From contig NW_024704744.1 in NCBI RefSeq assembly GCF_018977255.1, positions 88,660,001 to 88,724,000 on the forward strand: a stretch of DNA of 64,000 nucleotides, read 5' to 3'. Position numbers and translations under genes: made by a program. The notes under the pieces were generated by a model. The model was not told the DNA's origin and did not search any database. It saw nothing but the letters and a program-made list of their open reading frames with translations. Each line of letters begins with the position of its first letter. The first letter of the stretch is position 1. Positions 1 to 13,108 of the stretch are shown here, piece after piece. The stretch comes from Callorhinchus milii (taxonomy: Eukaryota).

Positions 1-1249
1 CATCGTGTGAAAAATAAACGCTGACTTTTTGGGGGGATTGCACACACAATCTGCTTCTACTCGTCACTCACCTTCAAAATTTTGTACAAGGTTATAAATT
101 ACTATTGTATCAGGGGGAAGGTGCATCTGTACCTTTCTGTTGTTTTTAACAACCTAATGCACGATGAAAAGCAGTCGTTCATTAACCACAGGCCAAGTGA
201 CCGCATTTCCTCTCTTGCATTTCCATTTATTAAAGAGAATCAGTCAAAGTTAATTGATGGGCCATGAAGGAAAACTTAGAATAATTGATTATTCTAAACC
301 ATTTTTTTTAAATGGGAGAATGATTCAGGATGGAGGACAAAGGCTAAACTTCTTTGGCTGTCAGAGCCCTGAATTTATATTGAACAAGATGTATCCTGCA
401 ACGTTTGACATTAAGCTTTTCACTCAAATGAGCAGTAAACTACTCTTCAATAGAACAGTATCAATGGGTATGTAGGTTAACAAAGTACATACAAAGCATA
501 AATCCCTAAATATAATCAACCATATTGCCTTCTCACAATACTGCAATATAATATTTTGTATAACTCTCCATGAAGTACATGTGCAGTAAAAGTTTTGTGT
601 TTTATGTACATATATATTTGTCCGCATTTTCTTAGATTCCCTTGAACAATTAGGCTTCCCAAGCCTATAAGGTGAAAAGAGATGGTCTCCCACATACTTT
701 TGCTAATGCTTCTGTGTTTATGCTGCGATTTTTGTGGTAGAAGTGTAGTGCAAATAGGAGTTAAGCCATGCAGTCAAAAGTAAACTGTGTTGGAGATTGC
801 TTTGAGAAGATGACTTCAGCGGCACATCAAGTTGCGATGATTGTAGTAATATGTAAGTTGTAGTACTGTACAGAACTGTGGGTGCAAATCGATTTAAACA
901 CCACTCCGAAATAACATGAAAAAGAAACTTAATGCACAATTTTAGAACTCCGCGTACAGCTCTTTTCTCTGCCGGGTTTTGCATTATTGTAATGAAAATA
1001 TTTAATACCTCGATATGTTAATGGTAAAACTTATTTCTCATTACCATCTTTTCATTTAAAAAACATACGATTGCTTTTATAGAGCAAGGAAATGCAATAT
1101 GCTGAATACGTATTTGGTGCCCTACACATATGTTCTGTTTGAAAATGACTTATTTTTTAAAAAACATTTAAAAAAAACAAAAAACAATTTTTAAAATTCT
1201 TAAAATTCTGAAAGACTTTATGAGGTAACTAATGAAAGATTATTTCCAA

Positions 1250-1557
1250 TGGTTGGTGAATCTGCTAAATGAGGCATAACCAAGATCTTGTCTGCTTGTC
1301 CAGGTGGATGTTAAAGATTCCATGGCACTCTTTGAAAAGATAAAGGAGTTTCTTCCCTCTTCCAAATTCTGGGCAACAATCCACCAAATAAAATTGGTCA
1401 TTCGCTCCATGACTGGTTGTGGGATGTTGCTGTGCACAAATTGACTGCCTGGTTCATCACAAAATATACAGTTGCACCACCTTACAGTACTTTCTGTGAA
1501 GCTCTTTAAGACATCTTAGCAACATGATAGGGTGCCATAGGATTATTATTATTATAA
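1250..1557 (+). mobile_element. Old Deu-domain-type SINE, degraded
   Basis: caggtggatgttaaagattccatggcact...gtgggatgttgctgtgcacaaattgactgcc with (TTA)n tail; homologous to other copies in the window. Confidence 0.7.
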
Positions 1558-1683
1558 TAACCTAAAGACTATTAATAGAATTCTAGAAGGGGAGCTTATA
1601 ATTTGTTTCCGAAATAAAGAGGAAGTGGAATATCTTACCACAAGTAGCCACTGAATTCCAAAGCACGCGTGTCATTTAAAAGG

Positions 1684-1724
1684 GAATTTAAAGAATTTAA
1701 AGAATTTAAAAACATTTAAAGAAT
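1684..1724. repeat. 9-bp minisatellite (GAATTTAAA), about 4.5 units
   Basis: gaatttaaa gaatttaaa gaatttaaa aacatttaaa gaat. Confidence 0.8.
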
Positions 1725-2282
1725 CGTGGATGTAAAAAGATATGAGGGAGAGTGCAGATTGAAGCTTTAACTTCTCCTCCATTGCACTGACACGATGGGC
1801 TCCTTTAATTATATTTCTACAAGGTGCCAGTGAGATAAACGTAAAACAGCTAATGAAAGATAGTAGACAGTGGGAACTAAAAAGGCATGATTTCTAACAA
1901 GAATCCTTAATAAGGAACTTCAAGTTGTAAACGGAGACACCTACTGGTAACCAAAGGTAGGATACGCAGTTGTGGCAACTCCAGCCAACATCAATGTATT
2001 AATTCACTTGAATTTTGACAATTAACTCTGTTGTGTTTCAATAGAATATTGAAATATTTCAGTTTGAGTCGATGTTGTTTTCTCATTCATCATTTAACTC
2101 TGCATTTTGAAAAGATGGAACAAATGCTGACAATTGCCTGTCTTTAACAACCTTTGCTTAAAGCCCTGATGCAGTGCCTTTTAAAAATCAAATTGGTAGA
2201 TGAATAGAGGCTGTGGGGGGTTATCAAATGCCTATCACTGGAAACAGAATTGTTATTAGTCTATGATGAAAAGTCCCATTTT

Positions 2283-2680
2283 AATGATAATGATCATCCT
2301 TGCATTTGATATAGTGTGTTTCACATTGGGAGGACATTTCAAGCATTCCATGGGAATTTGCTGCACACTGTTGTGATTGTGTATTTTGTAGGCAAAGACA
2401 GCAGCCAATTTGCACGCAACAATGTCCCACAAGCAGCCACAACGTGAATGACCAATTTTATCTTGGGATACTGGAAGAAACTCTATTCTCTTTTCAGATA
2501 GCGTCATTGGATTTTTAACATCCACTGGACAGGCAGACAAGCCCTCTGTTTAACATTTCAGCTGAAAGAAGGTACCTCTAAAACTGCAGTGCTCCCCCTT
2601 CCTAGACTGTGGGCTCAAAGTCCCGACTTAGGGCTTGAATTCACAACCTCCTGACTCAGAGAGAGAGTTCTACCACTGAT
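2283..2680 (-). mobile_element. Old Deu-domain-type SINE with degenerate tRNA-like head
   Basis: Reverse complement shows B-box-like gtgaattcaagccc, Deu-like core and L2-type tail. Confidence 0.7.
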
Positions 2681-3089
2681 CGGCCATTGCCAACATTGAC
2701 CTGTGAGAAATATCTGTACAAAGGTGTTATAATCAACCTCATGAGTTGGGATAGTTAATGTATCTCACTGCTGACTGCAGCTTTTTCTTATAACACCCGC
2801 AATATGTTTTCAATTGAATGAGATAAAGAAACACATTTTAATGAGCATTTTAATGATATTTTTGTAAATCCAAGGAACTAAGAGGAAGTAGCCTGGTGAT
2901 GTCTAGACTTTGTTGTGATAAAGTCATACCAGTAGAAGCAGAATTTTTATCTATAATGTGTTTCTCTGCACAGAAGTGTAATAAAGCAGAAAACTTGTTC
3001 ATAACAGAAACAGGTCATTTATTGCAGGTTTTGCTGGGTGACAGTGATTGAAATCTTGCACTGTTTTAACTTGTGATTCTTTCCTGCAG

Positions 3090-3302
3090 GTATGGTCGGT
3101 GAATTCTGCAGGAAGAACATTTAGTGCCTGGAGTCGTGCGAGAACAGGGCAGGCCCCTCCTGAAGGCCTGTATGCACCCACCTTCCTCACAGTTTTTTCA
3201 ACCTCTGCAGTGGTGAACATCAGTCCACCAAACAAACCTAATGGAGTAGTCACGTTATACAGAGTGTTTGCCAGGAGCAGGAGCAGAGGAACTGACATGT
3301 TG
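3090..3302 (+). CDS. USH2A: Usherin exon (about human exon 65), FN3 repeat; upstream exons lie outside the window
   Basis: ttcctgcag|GTATGG...ATGTTG|gtgagc; 213 nt, phase 0-0; VWSVNSAGRTFSAWSRARTGQAPPEGLYAPTF...PNKPNGVVTLYRVF resembles usherin C-terminal FN3 repeats. Confidence 0.95.
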
Positions 3303-4922
3303 GTGAGCACCCTGGCTGACTTTTTCACACCAGCAATAGCAGACAGATTGTAACTATACATTTTTATACGTACATTTTTATTTTAGCCGTATCCTGTATG
3401 AGCAACGAATTCCAACCTAAGCAGTCTGTCATTATGAGTTTGATCAACCATTTGGATTTCCCCTTAGTGCTGTGCTCTGTGGAGCTGTCAGATATAATGG
3501 AACCTGACAATAAGCTAAAGAGTTTTCTTGAAAAGCTAGGTAGAGAACATGTTTTAGTTTGTTTGCTAAATCAAATCAAATATCTAAATCTTGCATGGCA
3601 TTGCATAAAACACCATCAGGACAGAATAATGCACCAATATTTCGAGCCTTTCTCGCTCCACAGGTTTACTGTTCACAATGAAGACAATGCTTCCTTTTCA
3701 AGTGAATTTTGTTACATTGCTGTCACAGTTTCTGTTCCTACAAGTCTCTGACAATCCCAAGCCATCAATGCTGGGCAGCAGGTTCACTCCAAAGGAAATG
3801 CTTCACTTACATCCAACCTGATCCATTCCCTTGAGTATCTGGCAGATTAAATAGGGATATGACATTTTACTGTAACCGTCAGGATATCAGGTAGTGAAGT
3901 ATTGTTTTATCAGCACAACTCGTTACTAGGATTCTATTATTATGACAGAGAAGATGGATTGAAAGGGCAAGCTTGCTCCTTAGGAAGAGTTGCTGAATTT
4001 ACTGCATATAACATTCGTGCTTTTTTCTCCCCTACTCTGTTATTCCTTAGGGAAAGTATTGAAAGTTATTGGATTCTCACTCTCTTGTGACTTTGTATGT
4101 ACAGAGACAGGACTTTTAATGGTGTTCTTTTGGTGTTTCAGAGGAGCTGAAATCTGATTTGAAAACTACAAAGTGTTGAAAACTACAAAGGTAGAAGAGT
4201 AACATGCCTCTTATCTGAATTAAAAAGAGGATTTGAAGGGGAGAGAAAACATGACTGTAGGCACAGTATAACCCCAAAGTATTAGTGAACTTCAGCCCAT
4301 GATGGAAATCACACGGAATTGTCTGTGCCCATTCAGACTGCACTGATCAGTGCTGTTAAAGCCTACTTCTCTTCAGTATAACTACAACTTGTTTTGGAGT
4401 GGTACAGATCTTGAAGTTCTTAAAAGCAGTTTAATCTTTAAGACTGAGCAGCACTGTGGAAAATTCTTAAATTTAGTCCATGTTTGGAAGTCGTGTTTTG
4501 CAGATACAAAACTTGAAAAGACCTGACTTCCAAATCAAGATTGTAATTAAGAATCTTCCACAATTCTACATGAATTGTGAAATTCATGAATGGTGAAATG
4601 GTGAAATTCTACATGAATCAAAATTCCACCAAAGCCTAGGTGGAACTTCAGTTCTCAGATGAGACCTAATGAATGCAGCACCTAGATTCTGCTCCTGAAT
4701 CTCAATCCCTTTCTGCCGACAAATTCTATGGACATTTATGCGCAAAACAACAACACAAGCCTATCACACTTCTTTTATACAACTCTGTATCATACCTGAT
4801 GGAGCAAATAAAATCATCGCACTGCAATCATTTTCATATTATCATTGCTTCAAATGCATCCCATTAAATTACTCTGAAAAAAATCAAATGTGATCAAACA
4901 TGTCCTTTATTCTCATTCATAG

Positions 4923-5161
4923 CTCTCTGAAGGAACCTCAACACAGCAAACTATCCATGAGCTGCAGCCCTTTACTACCTACTCTGTTGGTGTAGAGGCA
5001 TGTACGTGCTTTCGGTGCTGTAGCAAAGGACCAATAGCAAATTTTGTTACTCGCCCGTCAGCTCCTTTCAACCAGCCTTCTCCACAACCCAAGAGTGTTA
5101 AGTCAAGGAATGCCATCTTACAGTGGAACACTCCACTGTCTCCTAATGGTGTTATTCAGAG
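4923..5161 (+). CDS. USH2A: Usherin exon (about human exon 66), FN3
   Basis: ttcatag|CTCTCT...CAGAG|gtaaga; 239 nt, phase 0-2; LSEGTSTQQTIHELQPFTTYSVGVEACTCFRCCSKGP...SPNGVIQ; not in ORF track. Confidence 0.95.
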
Positions 5162-5694
5162 GTAAGAGTTTGTCTAAAGACTGTTAAGGTATATGGAAGC
5201 AACTGTAAAACCACATCAGATATTGTAATCTGAATATTACCATTGTATGACCTTACTTGATCATATTGGATTTTTTAAATTCAGTAAAAAGCTTTGGGTT
5301 CATTATTTGTTAAACAGGCTGAAGAGTAGTAAAAAGAGGATGAATTACATTTTAAGAAAACAAGAAGATCATCTACAATATACATTTTGAAAAATACTTC
5401 TGACATGAAAAGTGCTACATCAAATATAAGGAATTGATTTACTTTATCTGGACCAGTTAAGTTGACGGAGCAAGGAGTGATAAATGGATTGTATTGTAGA
5501 TAACTATATGTATTCATACATATTTGGAAGAACATATATGCATGGAAGTGCATGTATACAGAATGAAGGAGGTGGAGAAGAAATTATTTGGGTGTGATGT
5601 ATTTCCTGAAGTTTTTAAGGCAATGCACATCCAGTGTTCACTAAGTTAACCAAATGTTATGTTGTATCTCAAGCACATTTGACTATAAATTGAA

Positions 5695-5880
5695 AAACAA
5701 CAACAAAATTTATAGAGCGCCTTTCATGTTCGGAAAGACGTCCCAAAGCGCTGAACAGTCAGGTGTCGGGGTCCGAGCATGGGGGGAGGGGTGGTTTAGG
5801 GGTGAGGGAAGGCAGAGAGGTGGGAGGGCGACTAAAAGCACGATCGAAGAGAAGGGTCTTGAGACCAGCCTTGAGGGAGA
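5695..5880 (-). mobile_element. L2 LINE 3-prime end fragment
   Basis: (TTG)n tail plus GGGACGTC...GAAAGGCGCT terminal stem-loop shared with other L2 copies. Confidence 0.8.
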
Positions 5881-7112
5881 CAACAACAACAACAGGATTT
5901 CATTTATAGAGCGCCTTTCATGTCGGGAGGACGTCCCAAGGCGCTGGACAGTTGGGTCGGGACCCAAGCAGCGGGGAAATGGTCAGGGTGAGGGGAGGGA
6001 AGGGAGGGAGCAAGGAGGGGGTAGAGACTCGAGAGGGGAGCTGAAGGCACGGTTGAAGAGAAAGGCCTTAAGACTGGCCTTGAAGGAGGAAAGGGAGGAA
6101 GTGAGGTGAAGGGACTGTGGGATGGAGTTCCAGAGTGTGGAGGCATAGAGGCTGAAAGCCCGGCCACCAATCATAGGGTGGGTCGAGCGGGAGTCATGGA
6201 GCAGGCCGGAGCCTGCTGAACGGAGGGAGTGGGCAGGTTGGTAGGGCGTCAGCAGGTCAGAGAGGTTGGAGGGGCAAGGCCATGGATGGCCTTAAAAGTG
6301 AGGACAAGGATCTTGAATTCGATCCTCTGGGGGATGGGGAGCCAATGGCGAGGCGAGGGTGGGAGTGATGGGGTCGCAGAGCCTGGTGTGCAAAAGTACA
6401 CAAGCTACAGAGTTTTGGATGATCTGCAGCTTGTGAAGGGAAGAGTTGGGAAGGCCGATGAGGAGGGAGTTCCCGTAATCGAGCCTTGATGTGATGAATA
6501 AGGGTTTCGGCAGCCTGAGGGGTGAGGCAATTGCGGAGTCTGGCAATGTTGTGGAGGTGGTGGCAGGCAGTGCTGGTCATGTTGCGGATGTGGTGGAGAA
6601 AGAACAGTTCAGGGTCAAACAAGATACCCAGGTTGCTGACTGGCTTAGTGAGGTTGAGTGTGCAGCCGTGGAGGCTGATGCTGCGCCCGAGGTGTGAAGG
6701 CGCTGGCGCGAGCCAATCAGGAGGGCCTCGATCTTGCTGACGTTGAGTTGGAGAAAGTTGGCCCTAGTCCAGGACTTGATGTTGGACAGGCAGTCAGTCG
6801 GTCAGGACGCCAGTAGTCCTGGAGTTCAGGGTGGAGGCAGAGAGATAGAGTTGGGTGTCATCCGCATACATGTGGAAATTTACCCCATGTCTGTGGATGA
6901 TGTCACCAAGGGGAAGCATGTAGAGGATGAAGAGGAGGGGACCGAGGACAGAACCCTGAGGAATACCGCAAGAGATGGTGCGGGGGCTGGAGGAGAAGCC
7001 GTTTGCTGCGACAAAGTGGAGCCAGTGTGAAAGGTAGGACCTGAACCAGTCAAGGACAGAACCTTGAAGTTTGAGGTGGGAGGAGAGGTGGTGGAGGAGG
7101 ATTGAGTGGAGG
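5881..7112 (-). mobile_element. 5-prime-truncated L2 LINE (RT remnant)
   Basis: Frameshifted ORFs [51 protein letters not shown]; (TTG)n tail. Confidence 0.92.
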
Positions 7113-7228
7113 AAAAAAGATGTTCTTCCAACCTTGTTTTGTCTGCCTGTTCCAGTAGAAGTTAAAGATTCCATAGCACTAATTGATAAAATAGAAATGA
7201 ATTTCTCCTGATACCCTGGCCAACAATC

Positions 7229-7784
7229 ACTGTGTGCAGTTTTGGTCTCCTTATTTAAGGAAGGACATACTTGCCTTGGAAGGGGTGCAGCGTAGATTTA
7301 CTAGGTTAGTACCAGGGATGAAGGGGATGAGTTACGAGGATAGGTTGACCAATTTGGGCCTATATTCTCTAGAATATAGAAGAATTAGAGGGGATCTCAT
7401 AGAAACCTATAAGATCATCAAAGGGCATGATAGAATGGATAGTGGGAGATTGTTTCCCCTGGTTGGAGAAACTAAAACCAGGGGTCACAACTTTAAAATC
7501 AGAGGCCAGCCCTTTCGGATTGAGTTGAGGAAGAACTTCTTCACTCAAAGGGCGGTGAATGTATGGAACTCACTACCCCAAAGGGCTGTTGACGCTCAGT
7601 CCTTGAACATATTCAAGACTGAGATAGATATATTTATTATTGCAAAAGGGATTAAGGGATATGGGGATAAGGCAGGGTTAGGTTATTAGCTGGAATTAGA
7701 TTAGAACATCAGCCATGATTGAATGGCGGGGCAGGCTCGAAGGGCCGAATGTCCTATTCCTGCCCCTACATGTTATGTTGTGTT
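7229..7784 (+). mobile_element. Young 5-prime-truncated CR1 LINE with 7-bp TSD
   Basis: Open 151-aa ORF2 C-terminus [23 protein letters not shown]...FFTQRAVNVWNSLP; (ATGTT)n tail; AACAATC at 7222-7228 and 7785-7791. Confidence 0.95.
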
Positions 7785-8048
7785 AACAATCCTCCAGATT
7801 CATTCATTCACCAAGTCATATTCAATTGTATCTTTTTTATATTTATATTTGAATTTATATTTAATCATCTTTGGGTTCAAGCAATGCCTATGTAGCAATT
7901 AGATAAATGGGTGAAGCCCATGGAGGAGTATGTTTTCTGTTGTCCGTGGAAGGAGAGGTTTGGAGGGCTGAATTACCTTTTCTAACTCTGTGCTTCCTTA
8001 CACTCCTAACACAAACTGTTAAGAACTTTACCTTCATACAGCTTTAAG

Positions 8049-9105
8049 CAACAACAACAAAGACAAATTACATTTGTAAAGCACCTTTTATGTCGGGAGG
8101 ACATCCCAAGGGGCTGGACAGAGAGAGTTACGGACCCAACCTGGGGGTCAGGGAGGGTGGAGGGCAGGGGGGAAGCAGGGAGATCGAAAGCATGGTTGAA
8201 AAGGAGGGTCTTGAGATGGGTCTTGAAAGTGGCAATGGAGTGACTGCGGGATAGAGTTCTAGAGGGTGGGGCAGTGTGGGGGAAGGCCCGCTCGCCAATA
8301 GTGGGGCGAGCGAGGCATGGGACATGAAGCAGACCGGAGCCCACTGAACGGAGGGAGCAAGCAGGATGGTAGGGGATTAGGAAGTTACAGAGGTAGGAGG
8401 GAGCAAGACTGGAGGGATTTGAAGGTGAGGACCAGGATCTTGAAGTGGAGTTGGGCAAGGATGGGGGTGATAGAGTCACGGAGCCTGGTGCGGGAGAGGA
8501 CACGGGCTGCAGAGTTCTGGATGATCTGCAGCCTATGGATGGAGGAGTTGAGGAGGCCAACAAGCAGTGAGTTTTCATAGTCGAGCCTCGATGTAATGAA
8601 AGCATGTATGAGAGTTTCGGCGGCCTACGGTGTGAGACAGTGGTGGAGCCGGGTGACATTGCTGAGGTGGGGGAAGGCAGAGCGGGTCGTGGCGCAGATG
8701 TGGGGTACAAAGGATAATTGAGGGTCAAACAAGACCCCAAGGTTCCGGACTGGCTTAGCAAAGTGGAGTGTGCAACCATGGATGGTGATGCTGTCAGCGC
8801 CTGAGGTGAGGAGGCACTGACGGGAGCCAATCAGGAGAGCCTCGGTCTTGTTGACATTCAACTGAAGAAAGTTAGTTCTCATCCAGGACTTGATGTCTAC
8901 AGACATTCTGTCAGGACAGCAGTGGTCCTGGAGTCAAGGATGGAAGCAGAGAGGCAGAGTTCCACATCCGCATACATGTGGAAGTTGACCCCATGTCTGC
9001 TGATGATGTCACCAACAGGGAGTGCATAGATATTGAAGAGGAGGCGACCAAGGACAGAGCCCTGAGGAACGCCGCACGAGACGGTGTGGGGACTGGAGGA
9101 GAAGC
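8049..9105 (-). mobile_element. 5-prime-truncated L2 LINE
   Basis: WMRTNFLQLNVNKTEALLIG, VRNLGVLFDPQLSF; (TTG)n tail; possible TSD AAGCAAC at 8046-8052 and 9102-9108. Confidence 0.92.
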
Positions 9106-9217
9106 AACCACTACGTTATATCCCTAGTTGAAAATAACTAGGATCCTTATTACATTTGCAGATGCAGTGTCTGACTTTGTTGTCTGTTTTAGTTACTGTA
9201 CCTTTATGTGTTTCTAG

Positions 9218-9435
9218 CTACAAACTCCAGATGCGCATCACCTGCCCCCAGCCTGTGCAGCCAACAGCACAGCACTGTGCTGCCGGATCTGTTAAAGCTG
9301 TATACAGTGGCATAGGCCAGAGTTTCAACTTGACCAATTTGCTGCCCTATACAAGTTATAGCTTTCAAGTAATAAGCTATAACTCAGTGGGCAGTACAGT
9401 GTCGGATTGGTCTACCATCACTACACAGAAAGAGA
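9218..9435 (+). CDS. USH2A: Usherin exon (about human exon 67), FN3
   Basis: tttctag|CTACAAA...GAGA|gtgagt; 218 nt, phase 2-1; YKLQMRITCP...LLPYTSYSFQVISYNSVGSTVSDWSTITTQKE. Confidence 0.95.
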
Positions 9436-9441
9436 GTGAGT

Positions 9442-9685
9442 ACAACAACAACAACAACAACAAATTACATTTGTATAGTGCCTTTCATGTCAGGAGGACG
9501 TCCCAAGACGCTGGACAGTCAGGGATCCGCACCCGAGCTGGTGGTTGGGATCAGGAGGGGTGAAGGGTGGGGAGGGTAAGTGTAAGATGATGAACAAAGG
9601 CACAGTTGAGACTGGTCTTGAAGGAAGCAAGGGAGTGGGCGAGGCAGAGGGACTGTGGGATGGAGTTTCAGAGGGTGGGGGTCTG
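9442..9685 (-). mobile_element. L2 3-prime fragment abutting a USH2A splice donor
   Basis: (CAA)n on + starts at intron position +7; L2 terminal stem-loop follows. Confidence 0.85.
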
Positions 9686-10709
9686 CAGTCCAACTGTTCA
9701 GGTGAAAAATACTTGACTGTTGATTTTTTCTCGGTGTGACACCTACACTAACAGACTGCTTCCAGGGAGCAGTCAGTACCTTCCCTGAAAATGAGCTGCC
9801 TTATCTCGTGAATGGGTTCTTTGCCCAACCGAAACCTATGTTCTACACCTGAACCATATGCATAACGTTCAGTCACAAGATAAGGTTTAAGGCAATGGTA
9901 GAAATAAGAAAGCCGAATCAGACAAGAAATAAAGGAAGGGAAAGATAAGGTGTAGAAAATGGGAAATCACAAACTAAACATTTCAAAACAGAGGCAAAAA
10001 GAAGCTTAATTAAGATTAAATTGAGAAATTGCCAAAGAGAAATGAGAAATCATATGAAGTGAGAATCGGGAAGGGTTGGGGCGGAATTAACTGGAAGATG
10101 GATGCTACAAAGTGAAAGGAAAGGTGTACTGGAGTTCTGGAAAGGAAAAAGAAAGCAAATGTTTAAGATAGGGCAGAAGATAAGTCCAGCAGAAGACACA
10201 ATTTCACAGGATTTTGTTTTCAGATATTCAAAATTTGCAATTACAATTCAACGGTGTTGAACCAACTTTTGTTATAAACTATTTTAAACCAGAAATTGTG
10301 CTTCTGTATCCATGATGGATGAGTCAATTGTTTTAGGTTTTAGTGAATCGGTTCAGTTTTATCCCAGTAGACCCAAACCTATCAAATCCAATGCAAAGCC
10401 AGTTTTTAAAAGACATTCCCTCTACAAAGACCATCTTTAGCTTGTTAGACTCCCCGAGACCTGTCCACACGAGTGACTGGTAAATCTCACAAAAGGAAGC
10501 TGATGTCACATTAGATTTGCTTCTTTGGAAATGATTAGGAATGTACTTAGTAAGTCGCTTAAAGGCCCAGATCCACATTTTTTAAATAAAATAACAATAC
10601 ATGTTGATAAAATAACAAATTCATATTGTGTTTTATGAGTTGCCTGTTTTGGGACAATCCAGCAAATCAGCAATATTCAATAACTTTTTCAATGTATTTC
10701 ACTCCCCAG

Positions 10710-10886
10710 TGCCTCAGTACAGAGCGCCATTCAAAGTAACCAGCAACTTGACAGCAATCTACCTGGACTGGCGTCAAACATTCCAGTTGAATGGACGGCT
10801 CAGAGAGTACGTACTGACTGAGAACAACGTCAGAGTTTACAGTGGCTTTGACAGCATATTACGACTTCCAAGAACTTCAGACAAAA
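10710..10886 (+). CDS. USH2A: Usherin exon (about human exon 68)
   Basis: ctccccag|TGCCT...GACAAAA|gttagt; 177 nt, phase 1-1; PQYRAPFKVTSNL...LNGRLREYVLTE...RVYSGFDSILRLPRTSDK. Confidence 0.95.
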
Positions 10887-11556
10887 GTTAGTTGTTTTGT
10901 ATTTTTCATGGTGTTGCTCTTCAGATTTCATTTATTTTATGCCTCTTTTTGTACAAAAAAAATCTCTTTTGCTTAGCTATCTTTTGAGTCTATGGGGCAA
11001 TAGTTCCATCGGTTCCAGGAGCCCTTCAGTGCTTCAGACAATTTACATAATTCATGTGCCAGTCTTGCCTGTAAGTGTTGACTGGCTCTCTGACCACAGG
11101 GAGCATCTCAGCCAAGCCAGATCCTGTCTTCACTTGGTGTTCAGTGTAATGTATTGTGGGTGGCAAGGCAAAGTGTTCCTGACCTTGGTTCCCCAAACAA
11201 GTAATCTCAATAGTAGTCTCATCCTTGACTGCTCTTAATAACTTGGTGACCAATTTATTTGACCGCACTTTCGGTTATCTTTCACTTCCTCACACCCTTG
11301 CCACCCACCACCAGCTCATGTGCCAAGCCATTATTGTTAAGCACTTTGGGATGTCCTCCTGATGCTATATATAAATGTAAACTTGTATGATATTGCAATT
11401 ACACAGTGGCATTAGCAGAAGTGTGGTGTCAGGTTTCCAGACCACCTTCTCACTTAAAATTTGGTCCATGGCATAACAGGTCATCGAATATTTATAATAT
11501 TCTGTGGCAGTATTGTATTCATGGATTAATTGTTCTTCATCCAAATTGAATACAAA

Positions 11557-11700
11557 TAATAATAATAAACCTTGTATTTGATATAGTGCCTTATCAAGTC
11601 TTCAAGATATCTCAAAGCACTTCACAGAATATACTGTAGGTAAATTGTGGGCCAAAACATAGCAGCCAATTGGCCACAGGAGTGTCTCACAAACAGTCTC
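11557..11700 (-). mobile_element. SINE 3-prime half
   Basis: (TAA)n...ttgatatagtgcc...ttcacagaatatactgta...gcagccaattg, matching the tail of the 14638 copy. Confidence 0.75.
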
Positions 11701-12330
11701 ACAAACAAGAGTGTGTCATTTGACTTTAGTTATAAACTGAGATGTCATGGAGAAGATAATTATTATTATTGAAGAATAGCCCTTCATCTCTTCATTCAGC
11801 TCCAAATCCCATTGTAAGTTGCCAAACTGTGAGAAAGTACTGAAGAGCAAGGTTTGTTCACTGGCTTCTTTCCTTGCACTCAGTGACAACTTTCGTATTG
11901 AAAGATTTTTTATAATCTTTTAAATTAGACAGCAAACTTAAATCAGAATTAGTGCTTCCCATCCTATTTACATCACAGCAAATTACTCCACAGTATGCCT
12001 TTGCCCAACTGCTATGCATTTTACTTCATAAGTTTTCTATCTGTCATTCAGTGTATCAGTGAGCCACATTTGTAAGGTTTCAATTTAATTTTTTAAAGTT
12101 AAAAATAAGATCAGTTGGTAGCTGTACTTTGATGATGGGCCATATGGAGCAGGAAGGGTCACTATGGCATGTTCTGAGTTAGACAACCTCAGCTGTGAGA
12201 CTGGAAAGAACCCTAGTTTACTCGCTGTATTCAATGCACTTTCACGTTTGACTTGAATATTCATAATAAATGTTCCAACCAGTGCTGATGCACTAAGTGT
12301 AATTACACATTTGAAGTTAATTTAAAGCTT

Positions 12331-12776
12331 GATGTTAAATTTAAATATTGTGATTTGTTAATGGTTGTGGTGCTAATTAACATATGCATTGAATTTAGAG
12401 ACCTTATGATAATTAACACAACTGGTTCCTGAATGCGTTTGATGCAAAATCCACAACACCATCAGTTTGTTGTGTCTGGGAAGCCCGTGTCCATTGAATT
12501 CGGCTTTCAGACTGCAGCATCAGGAATAGATTTACGGAAGTCCAGCTTTACTTGTAAAGTTTTGCTGTTATCTACGAACCAATGTGATCCATGAACTGGA
12601 GGTCCACTACACAGTACAGCCGGCTTCTCAGAGCAGCCATTGGAGGGTGTGTGCTCCAGCACCCTGGGATAGCCAGTCAATGCGTTAATTATCATTGGGT
12701 CACAAAATTCAATGCATGTGTTAATTAGCACCATAGGTATTAATTAACACATCAAAACATTGCAAATTTTCATCCT
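12331..12776. mobile_element. Palindromic MITE-like element
   Basis: Inverted arms 12368-12419 and 12682-12733 match at 46 of 52 positions, with weaker pairing extending outward. Confidence 0.7.
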
Positions 12777-12984
12777 GGAGTGTGGAATTTAATGGCAATA
12801 TTGAACAAGAAGCCCTCTGTGTATCATGGGATTTGTTTTAAAAAGCATGTTGATAAATACTCTGCTTTATCTCATCCAAAAATAACACTGCAGTAACTCC
12901 CCCATCCCGAGTATATCCGCATGTTCTCATTTGTCAATGCCAACTTCTACAGTGTAAAGAGAAAATTTTATTTATTTAGGCTGA

Positions 12985-13070
12985 ATCTCCAGTGCTGGGG
13001 GTGTGCTGCAATGTTTAAGGCACTGTCCTTCAGATGATATGTTAAACTGAGGTCCCGTCTGTCTGTTCAG

Positions 13071-13108
<38 letters not shown>

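Noticed and set aside
8006-8830. 274-aa ORF, longest in the track
   Set aside because: Mostly an alternative frame of a decayed GC-rich L2; not an independent gene
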